A DNA stretch of 64,000 nt from Candidatus Obscuribacterales bacterium (GCA_965228855.1 CBDDIJ010000002.1:1088001-1152000), one strand, 5' to 3'; counted from the stretch's first letter, positions 1 through 9,986 are shown. Program-made: numbers and translations. The notes: generated from the sequence alone by a model not told the origin.

Positions 1-1092
1 GAGCCTGCGGTGGCTGATGAACCGGAAGAATACGCTCCGGCTGCGCCGAGCGTGGACGAGGAAGAGCAACAAGAGCCTGAGCCGGTTGCCGAAGAACAAG
101 ATGACAATTCATGGGCGCTTCCCGATGATTCCGGGGAAGGTCCTTCCCTGTCCAGCATGGGAGTTGCGACCAGCGATATAGCCGTAATCAGTTTTACCGA
201 ACAAATCCTGGATGATCCGATGAGCAATGTTGCCGAGCCGCCAGGCGGCAAGTTGGCAAACATTCTCGACCGACTGGCTGATGGCGATGAGGAAGATGCC
301 GAGCCGGCTTCCAACGGATCGAGCTCTTCCGAGAACGGCGACTCCGCTGCTTCATCCAATGGTGGTGGAAACGGCGCCGGCGCCTTGCCTCCTCCGAAAG
401 AGTTGAAGAAGCTCGACCCGGCTGACGCCAGACCCCTCGGACCGCTTGGGCGTGTGCGACCGGATCGCAACGCGCTGCGTGAGCAGGAGATGACGATTGC
501 GCCTCAGCGCATGAAGATCGACGAAGCGCAGCTGCTGTCGAAGACTGAGATGGAAGCTGTTCCGGAGCCTGAGACCGATAAAAAAGCCGCGGTGGGTGCC
601 GCAATGTACCGGCTGGCAGAGAGCTATTTCGAGCAGGGGGATTTCTCCGAAGCCCAGAAGATTTACGAGAAGATTCTTGCGATCCGCCAGGCGGAGCTGG
701 GTAGCCAGCACATCGAGCTGGTCGATGACTTGAATAAGCTAGCGGAAGTGCTCTGGGTGCAGGGCAATTTCAGGCAGGCGGAGCCTTTTGTTCGCCGCGC
801 CGTGACGATTTTGGAAACAACCCAACCGGTCGACCCGTTGCGTCTGGCTGAGGGACTGCGGATTTTGGCAGGTTTGTTCTTCCAGCAAGGGAAGTTCGAA
901 CCGAGCATTCCGTTCCTCGAACACGCCCTGCTGCTTAAGAAAGCGTCGCTCGGTGAAGACCATCGCGACGTCGGTAATCTGTTGCGAGAATACGCGAAGC
1001 TGCTTAAGAAGATGGGTCGAACTGCCGAAGCCGAGAAGCATTACTTGCAAGCGAAGAAGATTCTGGCAAAGAATCCTGAGCCTGAAGAGTAG
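1..1092 (+). CDS. TPR-repeat protein (acidic low-complexity region plus C-terminal kinesin-light-chain-type TPRs), 5'-partial
   Basis: Frame is open from base 1; repeats such as LAESYFEQGDFSEAQKIYEKILAIRQAELG and LGEDHRDVG...YAKLL. Confidence 0.8.
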   Translation, partial: EPAVADEPEEYAPAAPSVDEEEQQEPEPVAEEQDDNSWALPDDSGEGPSLSSMGVATSDIAVISFTEQILDDPMSNVAEPPGGKLANILDRLADGDEEDAEPASNGSSSSENGDSAASSNGGGNGAGALPPPKELKKLDPADARPLGPLGRVRPDRNALREQEMTIAPQRMKIDEAQLLSKTEMEAVPEPETDKKAAVGAAMYRLAESYFEQGDFSEAQKIYEKILAIRQAELGSQHIELVDDLNKLAEVLWVQGNFRQAEPFVRRAVTILETTQPVDPLRLAEGLRILAGLFFQQGKFEPSIPFLEHALLLKKASLGEDHRDVGNLLREYAKLLKKMGRTAEAEKHYLQAKKILAKNPEPEE

Positions 1093-1196
1093 ACTGCACG
1101 CATGCGCTCTCAAATGTCCGGGCGCGTTGAAAGCAGTCGTGTTGTAGAATGCATCTGTTGATCACTCTCCGGCTTCCGATCGATTGTGGGTAATCT

Positions 1197-1850
1197 ATGA
1201 GAATTCAAACACCTCTCGCGCTTTCAGTCTTATTTGCGACGACGATTTCTTTTTGTGCAGCAGGCGCGAACAGCGCTTTTGCGCAGCCGCAAGCGCAAGG
1301 GGAGCCTGATCCCTCTCTGCTAAAACGGCACGCTCCTACCGACTCCGATGCGGCCGTCGAGCTTAAGGAGTTCCATGGGCAGGGTATCTCGGTGAAATAT
1401 CCCGCCGGTTGGGAAGTTATTTCGGATGTGCCTGAGCCGCGAGTACTGCATGTAAAAACACTGGGCGGCAAGGTGAATGCCAGTGTAACGGTGCAGGACC
1501 TGCCGGATGACACATCCCTGGATGACTACAAAGAAGCCACCACTCGTGATATCACTGAGGAGGCTGGGCAAATTCATCCGGAAAAACTTTCTGAGGAAAC
1601 CACTCACCTCGGTGAAATGCCGGCATGGAAGTTGGTTTACTCAATCAAAGTTCCGGACAGTAAACCGGCTTCGTCTGCCAAGCAGACTTTGTTTGTAGCC
1701 GTGAAAGATGGTCGCGGTTATCTTCTTTGTTGCACCGCATTTGATGCACTTCCCGGCAAGTTCGACGGAGTTTTCAGATCTATGGCAGACTCGATGAAGG
1801 TTGATTCGGGGGCTGCAAAAGCGGCTCCGGCTGCGGATGCCCCCAATTGA
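1197..1850 (+). CDS. Secreted PsbP/Mog1/DcrB-like domain protein
   Basis: Signal peptide ending AFA; ISVKYPAGW and GRGYLL...FRSMADSMKV fit the PsbP-like fold. Confidence 0.6.
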   Translation: MRIQTPLALSVLFATTISFCAAGANSAFAQPQAQGEPDPSLLKRHAPTDSDAAVELKEFHGQGISVKYPAGWEVISDVPEPRVLHVKTLGGKVNASVTVQDLPDDTSLDDYKEATTRDITEEAGQIHPEKLSEETTHLGEMPAWKLVYSIKVPDSKPASSAKQTLFVAVKDGRGYLLCCTAFDALPGKFDGVFRSMADSMKVDSGAAKAAPAADAPN

Positions 1851-2361
1851 AATATCGAATCATCAGGGGGAGCAAGATGTGTCCCTGAACGATGCGGTGG
1901 AAGTAATCCTCATGAGAAAGTTCCACTTCCGAAAGTTCGAGTAGCTGTTCTTTCATCTCAAGCAAACCTAGTTGCTCTGCGTGTTGCGCGGCGACGAAGT
2001 ATTCTTGTGTATTGGCATTTTCCAAACGTCCGGCGAAGTACATCGGTAGAAACCAGCCCGTAAGAAAGCATCCAATGAAGGCTGACAGTCCGATGCACGA
2101 CATCATGAATTCGCGCCAGCACTGTGGTTTTCCGCCAAGTTTGTCGAGCATCTGTCCAACGAGAGCGCGATGTGTCCACTCATCAGTTTCAATTTTGTGA
2201 ATGTCTTTCTTTTGCTGCGGGTCGCGCACTGAGCGCCAGTGTCCTGCGTAGGCGTAAGCTGCGGCGAGTTCGCCCGAGTAAGCCATATGGAGAATATGGA
2301 TGAGGGCTTTTCGATGTTCTACTGCGTCCATAATTGGTCTACCGTTTTCATCGTGCTTCAA
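1780..2361 (-). CDS. Ferritin-like di-iron carboxylate protein (Coq7/demethoxyubiquinone hydroxylase-like)
   Basis: GELAAAYAYAGH, DEWTH, LE...Y, ELSH: two ExxH motifs; 3' end overlaps the convergent gene by 71 nt. Confidence 0.75.
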   Translation of the reverse strand: MKHDENGRPIMDAVEHRKALIHILHMAYSGELAAAYAYAGHWRSVRDPQQKKDIHKIETDEWTHRALVGQMLDKLGGKPQCWREFMMSCIGLSAFIGCFLTGWFLPMYFAGRLENANTQEYFVAAQHAEQLGLLEMKEQLLELSEVELSHEDYFHRIVQGHILLPLMIRYFNWGHPQPEPLLQPPNQPSSSLP

Positions 2362-2440
2362 TTATGTCACTTGGAAATCACGCGCGCTGAACTGAAGCAG
2401 ATCCGTTAATAATCGCTGCGAATTGTTTCAGGCACGAGCG

Positions 2441-4384
2441 TTACAGAGATCGAGCTACTGCTGTCAAACCTTGAGATAGGTTATCCGTGTCAGTGATCGC
2501 GGTCGCTTTTCCGAGCTGGCTTGTCTTGGCTCCTGCTGCGGCTGCTTCACTGGCCGCGGAGTTCTGGGCGACTGGGTTGTTTGCGACTTCTGTGGGTGAT
2601 GTGATGGTGTTATGGGTGGTGGCGTCTAATGCCGATGGTTTAGCATGGGAGAGATTGTTGCTGTCTGGTGCCGATGGTTTTGCGTGAGCTAAATGATCGC
2701 CGGCAGGCGCGTGGTGTCCATCAGCCACATGGTGTGCGGTTTTTGGCGCGTGTGAAACGGTATGGTGCGCGTTGCTAACCGTGTTCGTGGTTGGTGTATG
2801 TGTCGGCGCGGGAGTGTGAACGGAGGGCGATGCTTGTGCGACCTGCATATGACTGCCGCCATCAGGGATTGCAAGGTTTTGACCAGGATGGATCAGATCA
2901 GGATTGGCGCCGATTGTTCCCGCGTTTTGCTCGTAAATCGATGGCCAGTTTTTGCCGCCGCCAAGGTGATCTTTAGCAATATTCCAGAGATTGTCACCAG
3001 GTTTTACTAAATACTCGGATGGGTTGGAAGCAATGCTTTCAGCGCCGCCAGGCAGCTTCAAGTCCGTTCCCGAAAAAATCAAATCGGGGTTGCTGCCGAT
3101 TGCGTCTTTATTCAAGTCGTAAATTTCGGTCCAGCGCTGACCGGAACCGAGGTGATCTCTGGCGATGTTCCACAAGTTGTCGCCTTGTTGCACGAGATGA
3201 TGCGGCTGTGCATCGCCGGTGGTGGCAATCTCGGTGCCACTTCCGGTGGTGCTGTCGTTGCCGAGGAGCGAGCCGCGCCCATCGGTTTCAATGCCTGAAC
3301 CCTGCATGCTGTCAGCGTTTTGCTGCATGGATTGCATGCTGCTCTCGCCGCCGGTCTGAGCTGGACGCATCTGAGTAAATTGCTGCTGCCACTGTTGCGG
3401 AGCGACTTGACCGCCAGCAGACTGCATTTGCGCTGTTGGAACTTGCGAACCGCCAATCGTCGGACCGAATGACCCTTGTTGGTTTTCCATCGCCAGGAAT
3501 CTATTTGAATTCCAGTCGACATTCATTGCATTGCCGTGTACGAGCTGGTTTCCGTCCATGGAAGTCATTTCATACATGGAGCCGCCGGGACCGACGTTGC
3601 CACCGATGTCGAACGTTTGCGCGGTGAAGGGCTGGTGCTCCAGGCTCAGTGTGACAGGGCTTCCGACAGCGCTCGCGGCTTTGCCGCCGTCCATCAAACT
3701 CTGTTGAAGTAAAGTCTGGAACGGGTTGTTAGCGCCCATGGTCGTGAGCGTCATCGGGAAGTCGTGCATTACGACCGTCGCCAGTGTTGTGAACGCATTT
3801 TGCGCGGCTGCCGCCCATAAGGTCGGATCGAGCAGTGCCATTAAACCGCCATCGGCAGGGAAGAAGAAGGCCATGAGCGCGGAGAAGAAATCACCTACGA
3901 TTCCGGTCAATCCGGGCATCTTCAAGATCATTTGAACGAGCGGCGAAATCGGTTCGCCGCCCGGAGGCATTGCGCCGGCGAGGGCGCCCTGCTCAAGCCC
4001 TGGCATGAATCCCTGTTCCAGACCGGGTGTGAGACCTTGACCGGGGGTGAGCCCCTGTTCCAGACCCGGTGTTAATCCCTGGTTCAGCGAGCCAGGTTGG
4101 GTAATCGCCGATTCAACTCCTGTTGCATTCCAACTCGAGAAATCACTTCCGTTGAAACCGGAATTGTTTCCGAGGGAGGTTTCCGAGCCGAAGCCGCTGT
4201 CTATGCTGACGTCGGGAAGTTTTGCCTGCCCGCCGGACGTCTGAAAAAAGTCGCGAGCGCTATGTATATCAGTGGTTTGAGAAAGCTGATTGCCGATGCG
4301 CCCGTCGACAGCCGACGAGGACTCGAACCTCGGAGGCGTGTTCAGAATTTCCCCCGCTTTGACGGGGTCGAATTCGGGATGCAT
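2441..4384 (-). CDS. Tandem LysM-domain protein with long low-complexity arms
   Basis: Two LysM units: HLVQQGDNLWNIARDHLG...LIFSGTDLKLP and YLVKPGDNLWNIAKDHLG...LIHPGQNLAIP. Confidence 0.85.
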   Translation of the reverse strand: MHPEFDPVKAGEILNTPPRFESSSAVDGRIGNQLSQTTDIHSARDFFQTSGGQAKLPDVSIDSGFGSETSLGNNSGFNGSDFSSWNATGVESAITQPGSLNQGLTPGLEQGLTPGQGLTPGLEQGFMPGLEQGALAGAMPPGGEPISPLVQMILKMPGLTGIVGDFFSALMAFFFPADGGLMALLDPTLWAAAAQNAFTTLATVVMHDFPMTLTTMGANNPFQTLLQQSLMDGGKAASAVGSPVTLSLEHQPFTAQTFDIGGNVGPGGSMYEMTSMDGNQLVHGNAMNVDWNSNRFLAMENQQGSFGPTIGGSQVPTAQMQSAGGQVAPQQWQQQFTQMRPAQTGGESSMQSMQQNADSMQGSGIETDGRGSLLGNDSTTGSGTEIATTGDAQPHHLVQQGDNLWNIARDHLGSGQRWTEIYDLNKDAIGSNPDLIFSGTDLKLPGGAESIASNPSEYLVKPGDNLWNIAKDHLGGGKNWPSIYEQNAGTIGANPDLIHPGQNLAIPDGGSHMQVAQASPSVHTPAPTHTPTTNTVSNAHHTVSHAPKTAHHVADGHHAPAGDHLAHAKPSAPDSNNLSHAKPSALDATTHNTITSPTEVANNPVAQNSAASEAAAAGAKTSQLGKATAITDTDNLSQGLTAVARSL

Positions 4385-4791
4385 GCGCGAAACGACTCAA
4401 ATTAGTAAGTAAGAGGATAGAAGATGCCTATTTATAGCGATTATTGGGGGTGATGTCAAGCGGTTTAAGCCTTACCCTTCAATCACCCTTCGCTAAAAAC
4501 CTTGACAGGGTTGGGTTTTCGGACGATCAGAACTTCAACATGAGTTTCTTGTGCACGGTTTGTGCATTGTGATTTCGGCCAATATCCTAAGCATTTGCGG
4601 TTTCCGTATTAAGTAGAACAGTTTCGTTTGTACCTGAAGATAATGGCAGAGTTGTGACAAGTTGACGCGGAGGCGCACGCGACGGTAAGTCAAATCAACA
4701 GAGTCAGCAATGCCGACCATCAAGCCGGCATTACCAAAACTACAAATCGTTTCCGGGCGCAAACAGTAATCTCGCTCCGACACAGCGAAGA

Positions 4792-5061
4792 TTACGATGC
4801 GCGCTCACTCTCGTCTCTAACGCATTCCTCGCATTTCACGAGCAGCCTGGATACTCGCATTCGCAAGCCTTGAGCGATACTCGCGACTGCACCGATACTG
4901 GGATTCCGCTTGCCTTGTTCTACATTACTCAGGAAGGCGCGATTGACTCCGGAGCCCTCGGCCAGTTCTTGCTGAGACAAATGTAGTCGTTTCCGGCGCT
5001 CGGCTATGGCTTTGCCAAGGCATTTGTAAAAGTGTCCGTGTACCGATCGTTTATTTGCCAT
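4792..5061 (-). CDS. XRE-family helix-turn-helix transcriptional regulator
   Basis: LSQQELAEGSGVNRAFLSNVEQGKRNPSI; AGGAG RBS upstream. Confidence 0.9.
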   Translation of the reverse strand: MANKRSVHGHFYKCLGKAIAERRKRLHLSQQELAEGSGVNRAFLSNVEQGKRNPSIGAVASIAQGLRMRVSRLLVKCEECVRDESERAS

Positions 5062-5212
5062 TAGGTTGTCTCCTTTAGGATACGTCGGTTACGAGACGGG
5101 GCATCCTCGATTTGGTTTCATGAAATTTTTGCCAATACGATTAAAAAATGGCGGATTTAAGTTGCCGGGGTTTTAGAAGGCTCGGAACATCGATTGAGGT
5201 GGCGTTTGGGAT

Positions 5213-5887
5213 TTAAGACTGTTTCAGCTGGCGAAGTAACTCTTCGGCTGTCCGCACAGCTTCCTGTTCTTGAATATCTTTTGCAAAACCTAAAACGCGC
5301 TCGGCTTGTTTGACGGCTTTGTCCTTTTGATTGAGCTTGTAGAGCGCGGTGGCGCGTTTGATTCCGGCAGCCAGGGCCAGTCGCGGCAATTCGCTGTTGT
5401 CGGAAAACTGGATGCAGTTTTTGCTCTCGCGTTCGAGGTATTCCCAATCAGGTTTTAACTCCGCGTAGTGCATCAGGTTGAGCCAGCACAGTTGCGCCGA
5501 GTAGCCATCGCCTTCGTCGGCGGCGATGTTGAGAGCCTGCGAGAACTTGTCGTCCATAGCGTCAAGGTTGCCGAGTTCGCCAAAAGTGTTGGCTAGGCTG
5601 AAAAAATAATCGAAAAGGACCTTAAGCTCGAACTGTCCGGTGCAGCTCTTCATGTAGTCGGAATCGAGTATGGCTAGCGCCTCCTCGTGTCTGCCGAGGT
5701 CCATTAAACTCCAGGCTTTGCGCATATTGGACTGACCGAGAAAGTCGTGCGCCACCGCAGGCGGTGCTGAAATTTTATTGCCCTGGACGAGTATTTTGTC
5801 CCAAACAGCAAGCGCCTCTTCGTGTGAGCCTTCGCGCGCTTTACCGGCGGCGTCGTTGAACAAGTCTATGAGGTCTGGGGCGATCAC
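5213..5887 (-). CDS. TPR-like helical repeat protein
   Basis: KAWSLMDLGRHEEALAIL and LANTFGELGNL...FSQAL repeats. Confidence 0.65.
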   Translation of the reverse strand: MIAPDLIDLFNDAAGKAREGSHEEALAVWDKILVQGNKISAPPAVAHDFLGQSNMRKAWSLMDLGRHEEALAILDSDYMKSCTGQFELKVLFDYFFSLANTFGELGNLDAMDDKFSQALNIAADEGDGYSAQLCWLNLMHYAELKPDWEYLERESKNCIQFSDNSELPRLALAAGIKRATALYKLNQKDKAVKQAERVLGFAKDIQEQEAVRTAEELLRQLKQS

Positions 5888-6077
5888 GTTGGTGTGCTTT
5901 TTTTGTTGATGACAATACGGATTGTGACAGTTATATCACGTGGACTTAGCTGGTCGTAGCTCGCACGAGCTTCGCGAGGTCAAAACAGCAAATAGTGGCT
6001 GTTTTGAGCTTAAAGAAACGGTGAACTTGTAGTTTATAAAGCTCGTTGTCAGTATCTTGCTAATCAAAATACTTTTC

Positions 6078-6304
6078 TCAGCAAACATCATTTCCTGTCA
6101 CCGAAAACTAAAACAGACCCGATTAGCTGCCTCGACAATTGTTCCGCTTGGGACCTGGTCGAAACGGTACCGAATGTGATACCGCGTCGTGCAGCAATTT
6201 TGTGTCGGAAGATGTAGTTGAGACGAGGCGAGAACCAACTCGCCCAGTGCCGCTAGCTCGTCCATCGGTAGATGTGATTCGCCGATGAGCGACAACTGTT
6301 TTCC
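6078..6304 (+). promoter_or_regulatory. Candidate conserved structured leader motif, copy A
   Basis: GCAATTTT 6194, GAAGAT 6208, hairpin GGCGAG/CTCGCC, GCTAG 6252, GACAACTGTTTTCC 6291; same order as the copies at ~13.2 kb and ~32.0 kb. Confidence 0.5.
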
Positions 6305-6365
6305 ACGCGCTGCTCGAAGTTCTCGAGCCGCACCGATCAACACAGGCAGGACTATTGGAGAATCC

Positions 6366-7445
6366 ATGTCCCAAAACGACCGCAACTCGCTTTCCAGCGT
6401 CGAAGTTCGCAAGGCGGCTCCGCAACGCAAATCCGTTACCATCTCTCGCGCTGACCTCGACTGGGCTTCCAGTCAGGGGCTCGTCGGCACCGACCAGGTC
6501 GGCAAGCTGTGGCAAGCACTCGTAGAGCGCTCGGCCGCAACCAACACCGGTGGTCTGAACCTCATCAACCTCGCCTACTACGGCGGCGCCACCATCGTGC
6601 TCATCGCCATGGCGCTGTTCATGGGGCTCGTCACCGCTCAGTACCAGGCTCCTGCGCTGGTCGGCACGTCGCTCGTCTACGGCGCCGCCTTCGTCGCGCT
6701 CGGCTCGCATCTCTTCTTCCGCAAGGGTCTCGAGGTGCCCGGCGGGCTGATGTTCACGCTTGCCGTGGCCATCACGCCGGTCTTCGTGTTCGCGGTCATG
6801 AACATGAACGGCGCCGCACCGCCCAGCACCTCTCAGGAGCTCATCCTCGAGGTGGTGACGGTGGTGGCGTCCGTGGTGGCGCTCACTTTCGTGCGCTTCC
6901 CGTTCCTGACCATGCCGCTGTTCACCGCGTTGTGGCTCATGAGCGTGACGATCACGAGCATGGTTTCGCACGGGCAGTCCTGGTTCTGGGGCAACGAACA
7001 GCTCATCGTCTCGATGGTGTTCGGCGTGCTCATGACTCTCGGCTCGGTCGTCATCGACCGGCGCACGGAGAAGGACTTCGCGTTCTGGGGCTACCTCTTC
7101 GGCGTCTCCAGCTTCTGGCTCGCGCTGACCTTCTTCGATAAGGGCGGACAGCTCGGCATGCTCGGCTACTTCGCCGCCAACATCGTGCTGTTGCTCGCCT
7201 CCGTCGTCCTCCAGCGCCGCATCTTCCTCGCTGCCGGCGGTCTCGGTGCGACCGGCTACCTGATGTACCTTTCGTGGGACATCTTCCAGGACTCGATGAT
7301 GGCTTTCGCCGTCGTGCTTTCGGGCATCGGCGTCGGCGTCATCTTCCTCGGTATCCAGTACCACAAGAACAAGGCTGCCATCGACGCTGCCATCCTGCGG
7401 CTTCTGCCCGCCGGACTGCGTTCGCTGCCGAATCGCCAGGGCTAA
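6366..7445 (+). CDS. DUF2157-like multi-pass membrane protein, GC-rich
   Basis: GGAGA RBS before ATG 6366; N-terminal DLDWASSQGLVGTDQVGKLW followed by about 10 TM helices; codons strongly C/G-ending. Confidence 0.75.
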   Translation: MSQNDRNSLSSVEVRKAAPQRKSVTISRADLDWASSQGLVGTDQVGKLWQALVERSAATNTGGLNLINLAYYGGATIVLIAMALFMGLVTAQYQAPALVGTSLVYGAAFVALGSHLFFRKGLEVPGGLMFTLAVAITPVFVFAVMNMNGAAPPSTSQELILEVVTVVASVVALTFVRFPFLTMPLFTALWLMSVTITSMVSHGQSWFWGNEQLIVSMVFGVLMTLGSVVIDRRTEKDFAFWGYLFGVSSFWLALTFFDKGGQLGMLGYFAANIVLLLASVVLQRRIFLAAGGLGATGYLMYLSWDIFQDSMMAFAVVLSGIGVGVIFLGIQYHKNKAAIDAAILRLLPAGLRSLPNRQG

Positions 7446-7457
7446 ACGCCCGAAACC

Positions 7458-7483
7458 GGAAGGCTCGGCTCCCCGAGCCTTCC
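7458..7483 (+). terminator. GC-rich hairpin after the DUF2157-like gene (C-rich tail, no U tract)
   Basis: GGAAGGCTCGG/CCGAGCCTTCC perfect 11-bp stem. Confidence 0.55.
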
Positions 7484-7578
7484 ACCCCCACCGACTTGCT
7501 ACTATATAATATCGGAAGGACTCCATCTCCAAGCCGAGTCCCAGCGAGGCATTCCCGTCCTGCGGTCAAGAGCCGGGG

Positions 7579-7637
7579 TGTTTTTGGCTACGCGTGAATG
7601 ACGCTTTTTCGAAAATCCGGCAACGAGGCGTAGACAA
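7579..7637 (+). repeat. Palindromic CTACG...CGTAG repeat, copy 1
   Basis: 55 bp identical to 7724-7778; homologous to copies at 22.6, 29.2, 32.5 and 32.7 kb. Confidence 0.9.
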
Positions 7638-7723
7638 GTCTTCCTACTATATAGTACCGAGTCTGCTCTGGCTCAAAAGTGAGTGCCGTTCAGGGGTTGC
7701 TGGGTTGGGACTTAAGTCCGGGT

Positions 7724-7785
7724 TGTTTTTGGCTACGCGTGAATGACGCTTTTTCGAAAATCCGGCAACGAGGCGTAGGCAAAAT
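7724..7785 (+). repeat. Palindromic CTACG...CGTAG repeat, copy 2
   Basis: Direct repeat of 7579-7633 at a 145-bp period. Confidence 0.9.
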
Positions 7786-7941
7786 GGCTTTTGCGCGCCT
7801 CGAGGTTGCTATGCGAATGCCTGAAACGTACTGCCCAAGCGGGTTAACGCAGAAGTAGGGCTATGCAAGAATATAGTAGACGATATGGGGAGGTTCGGGA
7901 TGGTGGTATATTCGTTTGGTTCTGATCATTGGGTGAGGTTT

Positions 7942-8346
7942 ATGCCCAAAATTTTGGTGGTCGAAGACAGTCCGATTAACCAGAAGGTGATGACCTACTT
8001 CCTCGAATCCAAGGGTTTCGAGTGCGACCTGGCAACGAGTGGGGCTCAGGCTTTGACGCTCGTTCATACTAACGAATATGACTTGATCTTCCTCGATTTG
8101 CGCATTCCGAATCTTGACGGTTTCTCTGCTGCTCGTGCCATTCGCGAGACGGGCTGCACCGTTCCCATCATCGCGGTGACGGCGAGCGCCATGCCCGAGG
8201 ATGAGAAGAATGCGATGGAGTCAGGCATGAATGCGTTTATGACTAAGCCGTTCTCGCGGGCGGATTTCGATTCGGCAATCGCAATGTGGCTCAAGCCGAG
8301 GCAAGGGACTGAAACCGAGTCTGCCGGCTCGATGGCGGATAGTTAG
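7942..8346 (+). CDS. Single-domain response regulator (CheY-like receiver)
   Basis: KILVVEDS, DLIFLD, PNLDG, IIAVTA, KPF. Confidence 0.92.
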   Translation: MPKILVVEDSPINQKVMTYFLESKGFECDLATSGAQALTLVHTNEYDLIFLDLRIPNLDGFSAARAIRETGCTVPIIAVTASAMPEDEKNAMESGMNAFMTKPFSRADFDSAIAMWLKPRQGTETESAGSMADS

Positions 8347-8435
8347 CCGTCTCTTTGAAGCAGTTCCAGGTCTAATTAAGGATCTAAACAGATTGCGCCC
8401 GAATTGCTAAACTCAATTACGTCAATAAAGCGTTT

Positions 8436-9020
8436 GTGGGAGTTGCGGTTTTGTGGACTAGATTTTTTGAAAGTTCTTGGCCGCAATGTACGTTGCGTAA
8501 ACCGGCTTCCCAGGAACTTCTCGAGAAGTGCGAAGACGAGCTGAATGTTTCGATTCCGCTGCCGCTTCAACAGCTCCTCCGTGAGACTAACGGAGTAGCC
8601 GATCCAAATAATGAGTGCTTGATCTTCTCTGTAGAGGAGATGCTCGAATGCACAGAGGATATGTGGTTCAACACCGACTACGAGCAGCGCTTCCAGCCGT
8701 TCGTAAGTCTTTTGTTTTTCGGAACCGATGCTAGCGACAATCTATTCGCTTATCCAATACTCGGAGATAGACCGGACAAGAGCAAGGTGTTCAAATGGCG
8801 TCGCGACAACGACAGTCGCATGTATTATGCAGATGGTTTGGAGCAGTACTTCTACAAGCGCTGGAAGTGTCTTGAACAGAGCGATCCATCTCTTTGGGAT
8901 CAGAAATTGTCGTGCAAGGATTTTGATGACTACAAAACATTTATCACCGGTGGTGGTGGCGCGGACTTTTCGCCCGACTTCGCGCCGGATAGCTCCACGC
9001 CCGGGTCAATGAGCGGTTAG
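8436..9020 (+). CDS. SMI1/KNR4 (SUKH) family protein
   Basis: PASQELLEKCEDELNVSIPLPLQQLLRETNG and FFGTDASDNLF. Confidence 0.75.
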   Translation: MGVAVLWTRFFESSWPQCTLRKPASQELLEKCEDELNVSIPLPLQQLLRETNGVADPNNECLIFSVEEMLECTEDMWFNTDYEQRFQPFVSLLFFGTDASDNLFAYPILGDRPDKSKVFKWRRDNDSRMYYADGLEQYFYKRWKCLEQSDPSLWDQKLSCKDFDDYKTFITGGGGADFSPDFAPDSSTPGSMSG

Positions 9021-9038
9021 CTCGAAAGTGGTTAATGT

Positions 9039-9986
9039 TTAGTCTCTAGGATTGAAAGGTCCGGATGGGGGAATCGGCGTGAAGGTTGTCGATGAGTCCC
9101 ATTGATTGATCATCGGCAAACTCACTGAACCGCCAGCCTGGAAGTCTCCCAGCATATTGCGACCGGCAAATCCGTTCCAGAACGGTCGTTGCAAAACACT
9201 TCCGTTCGACGTGATCGTTCCCGGCGCAGTTATCGCCTCACCTGGCTTGCTTTGCCATGTATAGCTGTATGACGGGGCGGAAATAATTGTTGGTTGCGAG
9301 TAGCCCGTACCATACATGCCACCGCCGAAGCCACCATAACCACCATAGCCACCGTAACCACCATATCCGTAAAATGGGTTCCTGTAGCCCATTCCGAAGC
9401 CACCGAAGTTTAGCCCGAAACCGCCCCGACCAAAACCAAATCCACCCCCGCCGAAACCAAAACCGCCATAGCCCATTCCGCCGAATCCGCCATAACCCCA
9501 GGGACCAAAGCCTCCCATCATGAACGGATTCATGAATTGCGGTTCGGTATAAACTGACGGCAGATACGGGTTAAACGAGGGACCTGAGGGCTGTTGAATC
9601 ACCACGCCGCCGTACATCGGCTCATACGTTTGAGTGAAAGTGGTGCCTTGTTGCTGAATAGGCGGAGCGCCGCGATTAATGAGCGGCACCAGATTGCCGC
9701 TAGGCGTCATTTGAAAACCGTTATCGATCAGCTGCTTCTCGGTCAGACGCGGGCGTTCCAGATTGCTCGGCTTCTTCCGCCGCGCCTCTTCCTCGTTCCA
9801 TTTGTCCAGGTCGACGACTTCTTCCATAAACATGTTGCCGTCGTTGCCCTGAATCACTTCGCCAGGACCGCCCTGCGAGGGCGTGATTTCGTTTGCTGCC
9901 TGCGCCGAGTATGATGCTGCCACCATTGCGACGAAAGACGCGAGAATCGAATTTCTCCAGGCTCTGGACCGTTTGATTGCCAACAT
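9039..9986 (-). CDS. Secreted Gly/Tyr/Phe-rich hypothetical protein
   Basis: Signal peptide ending AQA; GYGG/GFG low-complexity tract. Confidence 0.7.
   Translation of the reverse strand: MLAIKRSRAWRNSILASFVAMVAASYSAQAANEITPSQGGPGEVIQGNDGNMFMEEVVDLDKWNEEEARRKKPSNLERPRLTEKQLIDNGFQMTPSGNLVPLINRGAPPIQQQGTTFTQTYEPMYGGVVIQQPSGPSFNPYLPSVYTEPQFMNPFMMGGFGPWGYGGFGGMGYGGFGFGGGGFGFGRGGFGLNFGGFGMGYRNPFYGYGGYGGYGGYGGFGGGMYGTGYSQPTIISAPSYSYTWQSKPGEAITAPGTITSNGSVLQRPFWNGFAGRNMLGDFQAGGSVSLPMINQWDSSTTFTPIPPSGPFNPRD

Noticed and set aside
5980..6007. TCAAAACAGC-N8-GCTGTTTTGA inverted repeat as a specific operator
   Set aside because: Single occurrence; no regulator can be assigned from sequence
6123..7532. 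469-aa antisense ORF
   Set aside because: Shadow of a C/G-ending-biased membrane protein gene on the + strand
7579..7778. 55-bp direct repeats as a CRISPR array
   Set aside because: Only two units with a 90-bp spacer, no cas genes, and homologous copies are dispersed elsewhere
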